This document shows positions 38,683 through 52,074 of a DNA stretch of 64,000 bases, piece by piece. Origin of the DNA: Octopus vulgaris (Eukaryota); contig OX597836.1 in assembly GCA_951406725.2 (NCBI GenBank), positions 47,926,001 to 47,990,000 of the forward strand. The letters are read 5' to 3'. A program made the translations under genes and the position numbers. Positions within the stretch are counted from its first letter, which is position 1. Each line of letters starts with the position of its first letter. A model generated the notes under the pieces. The model made no database searches. It was not told where the DNA came from and saw only the letters and a program-made list of their open reading frames with translations.

Positions 38683-39524
38683 ATTTGGTACAGACATGGC
38701 TAAGTACTCGCATAGCTGTGTGGATAAGAAGTTTGTTTCCCAACAATGTGCTCTTGAGGGCAAATATCTTCTATTATAGCCTGACCAAACTCTTGTGGGT
38801 GGATTTGGTGGACAGACACAAAAAGAAGCCTTTTTGTGTACATACATGCACACACACACACACATATGTATGTATTTATGTGTCTTTTTTCCGTATGTGT
38901 GTGTCTCTGTCTTTTTTGACATTTGCACTTCATCCAGAAATCACTCAGCCACTCATGGTGACATTCTTATCACTTCTCTAGTCAATAGGTTGTCTCCTGG
39001 CTTTGTTTCCTTCAAAGATATGTGGAATACATTTGGGACATAAGTAACAGGTAATGACAATAAGGGCATCCAGTTGTAAAACAGCTGGGTGCCTTACCTG
39101 TCACTAACTGTTATCTCTTATGTACTCATCTAACTCATGCTCACAAGGAAAATCAGACTGAAAATGTGCAAATGAATATTACTATTTACATTTAACAATG
39201 ACAACAGTAAATTTTGGCAGGTTACGAAGTCTCTGAGAGAAATAGAATCCTTATAAATAATTGAACCCTTTTATTACAACATTCCTGTTCAAATTCACTT
39301 CTTTTGTTGCAATTAATTTTGAAAAATATGCAGAGTTTAATAAACTAAATCTGTCTTCATGAAGCTGCAGTTTGAAACATAGAATAACAAGTTATTTAAA
39401 TCTCTTTCACTCATGAACTTTAATATCCTGGAACCAGAGTTTTTTCAGGTGGGATTCGGGTTAATGAACACTCTGAAATGCATTTCTAAACCTGAAAAAA
39501 AAAAAAAAAGAAATTATAAAGTAT

Positions 39525-39934
39525 GGCGCAGGAGTGGCTGTGTGGTAAGTTGCTTGCTAACCAACCACATGGTTCCGGGTTCAGTCCCACTGCGTGGCAC
39601 CTTGGGCAAGTGTCTTCTGCTATAGCCCCAGGCCGACCAATGCCTTGTGAGTGGATTTGGTAGACGGAAACTGAAAGAAGCCTGTCGTATATATGTATAT
39701 ATATATGTGTGTGCGTGTATGTTTGTGTGTCTGTGTTTGTCCCTCTAGCATTGCTTCACAACCGATGCTGGTGTGTTTACTTCCCCGTTACTTAGCGGTT
39801 CGGCAAAAGAGACCGATAGAATAAGTACTGGGCTTACAAAAGAATAAGTCCCGGGGTCGAGTTGCTCGATTAAAGGCGGTGCTCCAGCATGGCCGCAGTC
39901 AAATGACTGAAACAAGTAAAAGAGTAAAAGAGTA
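39525..39934 (+). mobile_element. SINE family A, young full-length copy
   Basis: ggcgcaggagtggctgtgtggtaag head, B-box-like ggttcagtccc, tail (aaagagt)n. Confidence 0.92.
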
Positions 39935-42144
39935 TGGTGATGATAACGAGTAAGAGAGGGATGAGGTAAAAATGTATACCCAGTCTTTATGGCTTCTTTT
40001 CTCTTTTACCATGGCCATGCTGGAGCACTAACTTGTTTATAGATGTTCCACTCATTGTCTCAAGTTTACATCGAAAGAGATTCGTCCCTACTCAGTGACC
40101 CTGGAATCTATTCAAATGAACTCTTCGATAGATGTATATAGCAAAGAATCATTTTGTAAACAGTGATTATGCTAGTATCGGGGAGTAATTAGCCATTTCT
40201 AATTAGTTAGTATCATGCCATCAGATATTTAGCCTGATTACATTAAATCGTTATTTTCCTAATTTGATGCTTTACTTCAGTAAATATAACCAGAACTTTA
40301 ATGGAGTTAAATTAACAGTCTTTTCTTTTCCACTAGACATGGAATTCAAAATAGAACAATACTGTCTGTCTCCTAAAAGTCTGTATAAAAATAGATAAGG
40401 CTTAGATAAGGCAGGGTGTAGGGTAGATGGGCTGGAATTAAAGCTAAATGGTGTAAATAATTTCAGAAAATAAAATATACTGCTAGACTTTCTATATGTA
40501 TTTTTTGTTCTTTTGTTTAATCTGACTGAGTGACAATTTGGACAAGTGTTTACTACAATAGCTCCTGGTCGACCAAAACATTTGGTTGATTTGGTTGCTA
40601 GAAACTGAAAAGAAACCTGTTGAATATACGTGTGTGTGTGTGCGTGTGTACATTGTGCCGACATTAAGGGTCATTGCCCCAAACTTTTGCATCTGACGGG
40701 AAGAGTGCATGCAGGGTTTCTGGTGGTGCCTCAACCTAAACTTGTGTCAGTTTTCTGCATCTGAGATAAACAAGGTTTGTGCAAATTGCCACACTTCTCA
40801 TTCGCAGCCAAAACGTATTTCAGTAAACAATTTGCTATTTATTCCATCGTTCATTAATGAGTTGCTGTAAAAGAATTATTCACATGTCTGCGTGATTAAG
40901 GAGCTTACTTATCAACCATGTGGTCTCAGTTTCAATTCCACTGTGTGCCTCCTGGGACAAATGTATTCTACTAAAGACCCTGGCTCAACCAAAGCCTTGT
41001 GAGCAGATTAGGTAGATGGAAATTGAAAGAGGTCTGTTGTGTGTGTCTGTGTGTCCTTGGTATCACATAATCTAATTGTTGTAAACAAGCACCACTGTCA
41101 TACAAGCAGTGTTGTTGGTTTTCATTCTTCTGATGACAACATTGTCTGACCATGGGAAGTATTTACTTTACTTCAAAACAAGTGAGGGTTGGTGACAGGA
41201 AGGGCACCCAGCCATAAAACATCTGCCTCAGTAAATTCCATCTGACCCTTGCAAACATGAACAAGTAGACATTAAAAATGGTGATAATGCTGATGGTAGG
41301 CCAATCATTGCCAGTCTCCAAGTAAAATATTAAGAAGATACAACAACATAAACACACAAGCACAGTATATAAGAGAATACATTGGAATACTCGGCCACTA
41401 ATATTATAATTGAAGGAGTCCATAGATTAGTTGATCAAACATTGGTTAATATTCCTCATCGAAACCGATGAAGATCCATTTATGAACCTTCATTGTTTAA
41501 TAAAAGACAGCCTGATTTAATCATAATGGTGTCATCTGTTATATGTGTGATTCTTGGCATCGAGAATGTGAGAAATAAGCCAACCACTTTGAATGGCCTC
41601 TAATTGCTCTCCATTTGTCTCTCAAATGTTCTCAAGAAAACTTGAAATTAGTCGTGATGTCATTTCCCTCTTCATTATATAAATTTCTTTGACCTTTCTC
41701 TTCTAAATGAATGTTGACAGTTTATGAGACAGAGAAGAGAGAATGGACAGATTCTGTACACTAGTTCGGTGTTTCTGAATTCCATCTTGTTCAACATCTA
41801 TATTCTTTCCCATCCTGTAGAGGTGGATAACATACCAACAATGTTTCCTCTTTGTTGGGGTGGGGAGGAATAAGTGGCAGGGAGTGGGGGCATATTGTCC
41901 TAAGAAACTCCCAGTGACTTCCCTGTTCCATGAAAAGCCAAAGCATTTCTTGATCAACTGCAAATTCTGAAGTTTCATAAAATAAGGAAACCAAACTTGA
42001 TATTTCATTAAATTTATTGCAGGGATTGTTATTAAAGTTTATACAAATGTAGACACACACACACTCACACACACACATACACACATCATTGGCAGTTACT
42101 GTGAAACAAGAAACTAGTTTACTAACAGGGTCACATGACCCTGT

Positions 42145-42551
42145 TACTCTTTACTCTTTTACATATTTCAGTCATTTGACTGTGGCCATGCTGGAGCACC
42201 GCCTTTAGTCGAGCAAATCGACCCCGAGACTTATTCTTTGTAAGCCCAGTACTTATTCTATCAGTCTCTTTTGCCAAACCGCTAAGTGACGGGGACGTAA
42301 ACACGCCAGCATCGATCGTCAAGCAATGCTAAGGGGACAAACACAGACACACAAACATACACACACACACTTATATATGTATACATATATACGACAGGCT
42401 TCTTTCAGTTTCCATCTACCAAATCCACTCACAAGGCATTGGTCGGCCCGGGGCTATATAGCAGAAGACACATGCTCAAGATGCTATGCAGTGGGACTGA
42501 ACCAGGAACCATGTGGTTGGTTAGCAACCTACTTACCACACAGCCACTCCT
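42145..42551 (-). mobile_element. SINE family A, full length
   Basis: Same structure as the other family A copies. Confidence 0.9.
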
Positions 42552-43731
42552 ATGTTAGTAGAACATAGCTGAAAGACTGTTTTTATTGGCTATTTTTCAA
42601 CCAATTAAAACTATTGCATATATTTGAACTCTTATGCTGGAAATGTTCTGCTTGTTTCCTCACTGTTGTCTTCTGTGACCATTCTGCACACAACAACACT
42701 TGGTTTACCATTTTGTCAGAAAAGTAGTTGTGAGTCCCTTAGGCTACGGAACTTGCCATGTGTCATGGATATTCAAGCTTACAAATCTGTAAAATCACAC
42801 ACACACACACTGACATGGATAACTTTTGAACTTTGCATCTCTATACATGAATTGGCATAAAAAAATTAACTTTTATTGCTAATAATAATCATTAGTGAAT
42901 TATTTTGACAAGAGCTTGTTTAACTAATCTATGGGATTGCCTCCATGTGTTTTCATGCTGTTATATTCTGTGAACTTTCTTTAAGTATCAACACATGGCA
43001 AACAATACACCATTGCAGTTATTATTCATTTACCTTCAATCATTTTTTTCATAAATCTTAATCATTCTTTAACCCTCCACTCCCTCAGCATAAAAAGCTG
43101 CTCTTCGTTGTCTTTCGTTTCATAGTCTTGCAAGCTGAAAGGCAGCGTCACAAGTGCCAGTGGCAGGAAAAAAAGGCATCCACTGTACACTGTGAAGGGA
43201 TTGGCATTAGGTGGGGCATCCAGCTCTAGGAACCCTTCCAAATCAGATGCTGGAGCACATTGCAGTCCTTGGACCCATCACATCCTGTCAGACTGTCAAA
43301 CACATGCTAGCCTGGAACAAGAATGTTAAGTGATGATGATGATGAGGTGGTGGTGGTGGTGATGGCGGCAGCGGTGGCGGCGGCTGTGGTGATGATGATG
43401 ATGACAATGGTGATCTGTATATTGTTTCTTCATGAGTGAATTTCACCAACAAACTCTTTAAACCGGGTCAGGCTTTTTGTTGTTGTTGTTGTTGTTCTCA
43501 TACACTGAACATTAAATCTGGGATTTGATGCGATCCAGTTATTCTTTTTGGAATAATTAAATAAGTTTTGATATCAGAACTCTTCTTTTTGTCTTCTCTC
43601 ATGATTTTTATCCATCTTTCTTTTTCACTCGAACCATTTTCGCTGAAGTTGTGAGAGTTGACTTGGGATGGATTCTGTTTGCTTCAGCTGACAAATCAAA
43701 GCAAATAGAATAATGCAACACAAGCAGTAAA

Positions 43732-43737
43732 TGATGA

Positions 43738-43771
<34 letters not shown>

Positions 43772-43799
43772 GGTGGTGGTGGTGGTGGTGGTGGTGGTG
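43732..43799 (+). repeat. (GAT)n(GGT)n trinucleotide microsatellite
   Basis: Directly visible; explains the poly-His and poly-Pro ORFs. Confidence 0.95.
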
Positions 43800-44648
43800 T
43801 AAAATGTTTTCTTGTACGATCCTGCTGCCCTGTTTTTCTATCCTTAGAAAACACCCTCCTTTTTTTTCCAAAAGACTTCATCTGGCAACAATAAAACTCC
43901 CCCCCCTCGCCCCTCCCGGTAACATAAAAAAAAAAAAACAAACAAGCAAAAATCATTCTGGAATGAAAATGCTTTGCTTCTTCAATGGATAAACAGTAAT
44001 GACCAAATTCTGATTTATAAACAAGAGCCCCACATCAGTGGCTTAGCAAGGGTTCTCAGTGCCTGCGAGTAAGGACAGTTTTGATGCCCAACCTTAATTA
44101 ACAGGTAGGGTATGTCAGAGGGAACTTTGACCCTCTTCACATCTGCACTTGGATGCAGCTGTCCCCCACCCTTACCTCCCTCCCTCTTGTTGTGCCTCTG
44201 TTGCACAATAATGGGGCTGAGCCACCAATTCTCCGTTTCCCCTGCCTTCCCCTTGTCTTGTGCCCTCGTTTATTCAAAGAAAGGAAAAATTTGCTTTCAG
44301 TTGTGATTTAACCACCTTCTATTTAGCTAAGCAGTTACTTCTATCAATCATCATTATCACCATCGTCCTCATCACATCAGCTTTTCCATGCATGAATGGG
44401 TTGGATGAAACTCACCGAGGCAAGTTTACGACAGGATGCCCTTCCTGTTGCCAACATTTGCCCAGTCCTTCAAGAAATTTACAAAACAATGTCCTGACAT
44501 GTTTTGATGGAAAATTGCAAACAAACAAACAACAACACTTCTATAATGGTGATGTTTGTTTACAATAAGAAGACAGTCAAGATAAAGGGATACACACTCA
44601 CATGCATGCACACATACATATGTACACACACACACACACACACACATG

Positions 44649-44703
<55 letters not shown>

Positions 44704-44705
<2 letters not shown>

Positions 44706-44826
44706 TTTATTTAAAAGCAGCAGAAATTTAACAAAAGCTGTTACTCGGAGTTTCACGTTCCCGTTCATCGGACAGTTTTGTTATAATGGAACCGAAATGA
44801 CAATTCGATCCAAACTAGCATAAACA
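44704..44826 (-). mobile_element. PLE terminal fragment with hammerhead variant (CCGATGA core)
   Basis: Minus strand aaaaCTGT CCGATGA ACGggaaCGT GAAA CTCcGAG TA ACAGctttt, between (TA)n tracts. Homologous to 29483 and 32248. Confidence 0.8.
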
Positions 44827-44832
44827 ATATAT

Positions 44833-44866
<34 letters not shown>

Positions 44867-46004
44867 CAAGTGCAAACATGCTATCTTTAAGATAGCGTGT
44901 TTTACATTGGATTGGTATCGTTGTATCATATATTCTATTGTGCGTATGTGTAAGTACGCATATGACATGCATGCAGGAAGAATGCGGACAAGACATGCAA
45001 CATGAATGAAGCTTGAACATCGATAATGGAAAACATAGGGACGTAAGATGAAATGCAATCATGTTAAAAGAACACGCATTTATAAAGGAATGAAAAATTA
45101 CTACCTAATTACTGACAATAAATTTTATAATATATATATGTATATATATGAATCTACCCCTCTCTCTTACTTCCATGTGACCAGTGTCTGGCCAGCCATC
45201 ATCTTTCTTTCTTGGCCTGACTGCCGACCACCAACACCTCTTATGTCCATCTCCTATGTTCCTGCCTTTAGGCTTTCATTTTATACACACCAGCCCAAAT
45301 TGATTCATTCTCAGTCGAAAGACACCTGTTGTTATATTCTTGTTTGTATTTGTAATTGTGTACCATGTTCCCCATTTTTTGTCTTTGTTGCTGTACACAT
45401 TCGCTAGCTTTCTTACAAAAAATCTAATGCTCTTAGCTTAGACTGGGGGGAGGGGGGCAACTAGATTGAACAGCCTCAAGTGTAACTGCCCAAAACTGGT
45501 AACTTGACTGAAGAAAGAAGACCACAATTGACCTGTCCTTTTTTTTCCCTGTCCTTCTAATTTTTGTTCTTCCTGTCCGTCTTCGTATCATCTATCTGTC
45601 CAAATATTTTATTGTCCTCTATTGCATTTTTGTTCCATATGTTATATATATACATAATACATATATAGATAGATAGATATAGATATATATCCACACTACA
45701 ATGCATTACAGTTAATATTCGTTACTAAGCTCAATATCACTTTAAATACTTTTATCCTACATATATGTTTATGTGTAGAAAAATTGAACCAATCTCATTC
45801 CCAGTATTATCACCTTTTGGATACAAACCAAATGAAAGAAGTATATTGTTTGTTTATATACAACATGCAGCTATATAATTAAATATGGTTACATACAAAA
45901 TGAAGTGAAGTGAAGCAAGCTAATATGTAGATATATAATAGCAATGCGATATTAGTATCAATTATGGTAAAGCAGTGGACATATATGCACAAATGTTCCC
46001 CACT

Positions 46005-46340
46005 GACTTTGTTTCTTTATAGCTTCCAGAAAAATGGATATTTTTTAATGAAATTTTCTACAAATATACTTCAGATGGTGTAGGTTCGGATTATATCTGA
46101 ATTTGTTGTGAAAATTTGTGAGTGGGGGACTGGGGAGAGGAGTTTCAGAAAATTCATGGGAGTTGGCTTTGTTTCCTCGTAACTTTCAGAAAAATAGGAA
46201 TTTTTAAATGAAAATTTTGGCAAATACTTTTCAGAGTGTGTAGATTACGATTATATCAGAATTTAACATCATCTGAAGCATATTTGTAGAAAATTTCATT
46301 AAAAAAATATTAATTTTTCTGAAAGTTATGAGGAAACAAA
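46005..46340. repeat. Unclassified repeat: two direct units of about 95 bp plus one inverted partial unit
   Basis: tttgtttc.t..ta.ctt.cagaaaaat...ttcaga..gtgtag.tt..gattatatc at about 46008 and 46168. Inverted copy at about 46268-46340, ending gaaagttatgaggaaacaaa. Confidence 0.7.
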
Positions 46341-46469
46341 GGTGATGGGGTGTATGTGTAGGCATGGTGCAGCCAAGTTCGGCCAGTCACTTCATATCAT
46401 TGCACATGCATTGCTGGAAGTCCATAGTAAACATGTATTTTAAATATATAATGTGTGTGTGTGTCTTTT

Positions 46470-47000
46470 ATTGTTTACTTGTTTCAGTCATCTGACTGTG
46501 GCCATACTGGGGCAGTATCTTGAAGAATCTTAGTCGAATGAACCAATCCTAGTACATGTGTTTTGTAAAGCCTGGTACTTATTCTATCTGTCTATTTTGC
46601 CAAACTGCTAAGTTATGGGGATGTAGACACACCAATACTGGTTGTCAAGCAGTGTTGGGTGACAAACACACACACGCACATGCATGCACACACATACACA
46701 CGCATGCACATGCATACATACATACATTGACAGGCTCCTTTCAGTTTCTGTCTGCCAGAGCCACTCCCAAGACTTTGGTCAACCCAAGGGTATAGTCAAA
46801 GATACTCGCCTAAGGTGCCACACAGTGGGATTGAACCCTGAATGATGTGGTTGGAAAACGGCCACCTTTCATTTTCCATCTGCCAAATCCACTTGCAAAT
46901 GATTGACATGGGATTATAGTAGAAGACACTTGCCCAAGGTGCCATGCAGTGGGACTGAACCCCAAACCATTTGATTGTCAACTGAACTTCTTAAGCGCAC
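46470..47000 (-). mobile_element. Decayed SINE family A plus a second head fragment
   Basis: Family motifs with CpG decay. Confidence 0.75.
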
Positions 47001-48199
47001 AGCTAGCCCTTCCCTTACATTTTCCAAATCCCTTTTATTATTCTGCATCCAAAATCATTAACAATTTAGAAATCTCAATTTCTCACTTATTGTTCTCTGT
47101 TGCTGTTTATTAATTCAAACATTAAAAATCATTTTTTTTTTCTCTCCTCCGTTTTTTTCAGAAGGAATTTCTTTGGCTTCTTCATTGCTTTTATTAAATA
47201 AATGTTTTCTTTATGTTTTTTTATCCTCATGCACTCTGCTTCTAGATTTCCTTAATTCATTTTGAAATACATTAGCAACAATGTTTAGAATGTATGTCAG
47301 TCTTGCCCCGTTCTATGATTATATTTCAATATTTTTTTCCTCTCCTCAAAAGAGATTTTTGCTTTAATACTCCATGTTATTCTGCTCTGTTTGGACTTTC
47401 CTCTCCCCTCCTCCATGCTTCTGACATCTAATAAAGCCAAAAATAAAACAAACAAGCGAAAAAACCAAAAAACCAAAAAAAAAAACCTGGTGATTATTTG
47501 TAGCTGTTTGTCGATTTATTTCCCAGTGGGGAATGATGACATAGCAATGAATGTAATTAAAGAATTTGGTTGTTGGGAACATGGAGTGGAGGACTGACGA
47601 TACTGGTCTGCCTGACTGGGATGTGATGTTCAAATAGCTTACACTTCTCTTATTTCACAAGCTACAAGTTTGCCTGTCATGTAAGCTGCTAACAGCTGAC
47701 AGATAAGGCAAGGTTCCATCCCCTCCTCTGCTGTTTACCAACAATGAGGGGACTATGACAAAGAGGAGGAGGAGGAGGAGATGGACTGAGGAGGAGGTCT
47801 ACCAACCACTGCTAAAAAACTATTCTCTTGACTTAATTCTCTATCATCATCATCATCATCATTGTTATTATTGTTATTATTATTATTATTATTATAGCAT
47901 CATGCTCTCCTCCCTCAGCAGATGCATAATAAAACATTATTACTATGTTTACAAATAAGCTGACAGTAGAAGGTAGTTTTTAGACAGTAAAAGTTATTTC
48001 TCATGGGTTTATTAGGGTTGATGGCTTTCCTTGGACTCCGCTATTATAACAGTATGGGGCTGGAGGAGAACAACTGTATAATGGAAATTGTCTCTCTGTT
48101 ATTGTTAGGGTTTGGGTAGAATGGGTAATGAATAAGGGTTTGTTGAGAAAGGAATTTCCTTTCATGTTCATATAATAATAATAATAATAATAATAATAA

Positions 48200-49246
48200 G
48201 GGTTTCAAATTTTGGCACAAGGCCAGCAGCTTTGGGGTGGGGCTAAGTCGATTAAATTGACCCCAGTGTTCAATTGGTACTTATTTTGTTGACTATGAGA
48301 GGATGAAAGACAAAGTCGACCTCGGTGGAATTTGAACTCAGAATGTGGAGATGGATGAAATACCGCTAAGCATTTTGCCCAGCATGCTAATGATTGCAAT
48401 ACCAGGATACCCTGATGCAATACCAGGATACCCTGTTGCAATATCAGGATGCTGTAGTGCAGTACTCGGATTGCCTTGATGCAGTCCCAGGCAGTGGCTC
48501 TCATGGCTTCTGATCTTAACTGATTGGAAGTGTTATCATGTACATTGTTTTGTCTTTATAAAAGATGGGCTACAGCAAATATTCTGCTCAATACCACAGA
48601 TTTGCTTGTCAGTTGTTTGGCCTTAATCAGTGGAGCATGTCCCTTAGTGACTGATGATATGAGAACCTCTGAACATGAGCAGAAGTAGTGGAGAAGCATC
48701 ATAGCGGTGTGTTGAGAGGAATTCTTAGAGGTTTGGATAGTTCACCTTTGGAAACATGGGTGGTTCGTTCAACATCCTTAAAACAACCCTTATTCAGGGA
48801 CCATTTGAGCAGGATGGCCTACTCAACTTGAACAAAATTCCAACTGGATCCCCACCTGCAAGGTCATGTGCTTTTTATCTTGATATGAGGTCACCGTATC
48901 ATGCACATGTGGTTATGATGCATGTGCCTGGTGTACCCTTATCAGATGGGTAGTCATGATGGGTATATTAGGCTTTGTATATTTGTGCCCTGGGTGTCAC
49001 TTTGATGACATGTACAATAATAATAACAATGATTTCAAATTTCAAATTTTGGCCAACAATTTTGGGGAAGGAGGTAAGTTGATTACGTCGACCTCAGTGC
49101 TCAACTGGTACTTATTTTATCAACCCCCGAAAGGATGAAAGGCAGAGTGGGCTTCGGCAGAATTTGAACTCAGAACATAAAGATGAACGAAATTCCGCTA
49201 AGCATTTTGTCCAGCATGCTAACAATTCTGCTACCTTGCCACCTTA
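48200..49246 (-). mobile_element. Two SINE B copies (48200-48395, 49035-49246) enclosing about 620 bp of unclassified sequence
   Basis: SINE B cores on the minus strand. The enclosed segment starts with a 21-bp tandem (tgcaataccaggataccctg). Confidence 0.7.
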
Positions 49247-50368
49247 AAAATAATAATAATAACAACAACAACAATAACAACAACGACACCACATCACATT
49301 TAGTTCCCCTCTTTAAATGATATGGCAAACATTATCATTGTCCAAACATCTGCTATATTATGTCCAGTTGTCTATTTTCTCCAACAGTTCACTATATCCA
49401 ATAGTCCACTATGTCCAACTCAAAGAATTGTCTTCATAAATTAGGAAACTCAACAAATCGCCATCAAACGCGATCATTCTTCATAAAAACTACCAAAACA
49501 AACTCAATACAAAATACTCGTCACCATTATCGTTTTTCTGTCTGTTCATTTTCTCTGCTGGACTGGACAAGACTTATTGAGGCAGTATTTTATGGCTGGA
49601 GGCTTTTCCTCTTGTCAACTCTTGCTTGTATTTCAAATTCGATATTCTTTACGCCTCTGCTCTTCGCATAGAAACAGCCAAGCCATGGGACATATTGGTT
49701 ACAGGAGACAAGAACAGTGTACCCTTGCCCTGATGATGTCAGTTTGTTTGGCATCAGGGAACAAACACACACAGACACTCACAACTGGTTTCCTTACAGT
49801 GTCCATCTTCCAAATTTCATTCACAAAGCATTGGTCAGTTGGTCAGCCTGAGACTAGCAGAAGATATGCTGACCCAAGATTCCAGTCGCATGTAACAGTG
49901 TGAAACCTTGTGATTGTGAAATGAACTTCATAATCATACAATCAAACCTGTGTCTTAGAAGAAAATATGAGGATATTCTTGTGTGTGTGTGTGTGTGTGT
50001 TAGATATTGGTGTTTGTGTGTAAGCTAGTACCACATAAAAGCACCCAGTACACTCTGTAAAGTGGTTGACATTAGGAAGGACATCATGCTGTAGGAACCA
50101 TGCCAAAACAGGTGCAGTCTTCTGCCATTTCCTGTCAAACCATCCTACTGATGCCAGCATGGAAAATGGACGTTCAATGATGATGATATAGATATTCTAA
50201 TTTGCAGCTGGTTTTACAAAGCAGACAGCACTCGATATCTATGTAAATCAGATGTAGAGATTAAAGGTCACAACAAGTTCATGACTTTTAATTCTTGAGC
50301 CAGTAAAGGTAGTTGTTATTTGGGCAACGTCTGAAGAATTTTATTCAAGTAAAAGTTATTAAACAGCA

Positions 50369-50530
50369 TTGTCATCAAAATGTCAACTTTGTGGTGTTGT
50401 CTACATCAGTGAAACTGGTCAAAGGTTAGCCAATCAATTCAAGAAATCTTTGTTGGACATGCAACTCAGTAGCCATGGATTGCCAAAATCTATTACACAT
50501 CGCTTTAACATCCCCGGACGTTCCCATGTT
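50369..50530 (+). mobile_element. Penelope-like GIY-YIG endonuclease fragment (Neptune/Poseidon-type), decayed
   Basis: KCQLCGVVYISETGQRLANQFKKSLLDM...KSITHRFNIPGRS matches the motif C..C...YIGETG.RL..RF.EH..D.....VA.HFN.P.HS. Confidence 0.7.
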
Positions 50531-51268
50531 TCCATCTTTGAATTTTCTTTCACCCTGTCTAAGTGTCTTAAATCTTATGGCATTATCTATCTCTTTACTC
50601 TTTCCTCAGAACTGGTCAATCATTTACAGATTCTTCATTCCCTCTGAATGAATTTCTTTCTTTTATCTTCCATTACATTTAAATGATTGTCTTGTAATGG
50701 GTTGAAGGATTCAGGAAAATGGGAAGAAAATAAGACATCAGGTTTGTTTAGAAGGGGAAGCTGCTGGGTGTAGGGGTTTCACTGATATTTGGTGCTGTGA
50801 GAATGGGAGATGTGAAGTATACTGGTTCCCAAGGCATTGTTATTGAAGAGAATTGTGTCAGGAATGACACTGACACAATTCCCCGTTGGTGACATTGAAA
50901 AGAAAGCTACAGAGAGGTTCCCTAATATGAAATATTGCTAAATGAAAGCTATGCGACTCCAAATGAGACAACCATTTCAATTCATTTCAGTTTTGTTCAG
51001 TGAAACAACTGAGGGAAAATTTGTTGCTTCTCTGGTGATAAATTCTCAGATAAAATGCAACTTCACAGAAATGATTGCTGCTAGAACAAGCAGCTTTTCC
51101 TGATAATGCTAAAAGTAAACCTCACCAAATCATCAGGGTACAAAGGAGGTATCACGCCTGTCATTCGTTTCTATTGAATTAATTTCTTAATTCTTTTTCT
51201 CATGTCTGTTGTCTGTCTTTGAAAACCATTCGCTATAATAATGTACCATTTTTATTCTAAACATACAT

Positions 51269-51660
51269 AAGCGTAGGAGTGGCTGTGTGGTAAGTAGCTT
51301 GTTTACCAACCACATGGTTCCGGGTTCAGTCCCACTGCATGGCATCTTGGGCAAGTGTCTTCTACTATAGCCTTGGGCCAACTAAAGCCTTGTGAGTGGA
51401 TTTGGTAGACAGAAACTGAAAGAAGCCTGTCGTATATATGTATATATATGTATATGTATGTGTGTGTTTGTGTGTCTGTGTTTGTCCCCCTAGCATTGCT
51501 TGACAACCGATGCTGGTGTGTTTATGTCCCCGTTGCTTAGCGGTTTGGCAAAAGAGACCGATAGAATAAGTCCCGGGGTCGAGTTGCTCGATTAAAACGC
51601 GGTGCTCCAGCATGGCCGCAGTCAAATGACTGAAACAAGTAAAAGAGTAAAAGAGTAAAG
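51269..51660 (+). mobile_element. SINE family A
   Basis: Full head and tail, with a small internal deletion between the two gaataagt repeats. Confidence 0.9.
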
Positions 51661-51905
51661 AGAGATGAACAATTGTTGTTGTGGATACTTTCAAGGAGCA
51701 AATATCAGGTGATTTGTGCCCTCCACAGCCGAGATAGCCCCAACTGTTGCTTCTGAATTGCTCCAGATTGGAAATGGCAATGAGGACAGGAAGCTCTTGG
51801 TTATCTTTCATATTACAGTGGCAGGAGGACCAGAGTTGGGATGGGTTGTTATTTTGTGGAGAATATAGTTTTAGAGTGCTTTTGCTGTTGAATGCACTTG
51901 GAAGC

Positions 51906-51985
51906 CACACACACACATACACACACACACACAAACACAAACACACACACGCACACACAAACACACACACACACACACACACATG

Positions 51986-52017
<32 letters not shown>

Positions 52018-52074
52018 AACACACACACACATACACAAACACACATACACAAACACACACACACACACACACAC
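51906..52074 (+). repeat. Imperfect (CA)n microsatellite
   Basis: Directly visible; explains the 235-aa ORF 51365-52072 and overlapping ORFs. Confidence 0.95.

Noticed and set aside
39525-39600. tRNA-like sequences at SINE heads (many copies)
   Set aside because: A/B-box remnants without a complete cloverleaf; SINE promoters rather than tRNA genes.
41500-42000. Possible decayed GIY-YIG fragment on the minus strand
   Set aside because: Only faint motif resemblance across frameshifts; not supportable without an HMM search.
47162-47265. Strong acceptor-like ttttttcAG followed by a short open frame
   Set aside because: Runs into a stop in low-complexity T-rich sequence, with no family similarity and no donor before the stop.
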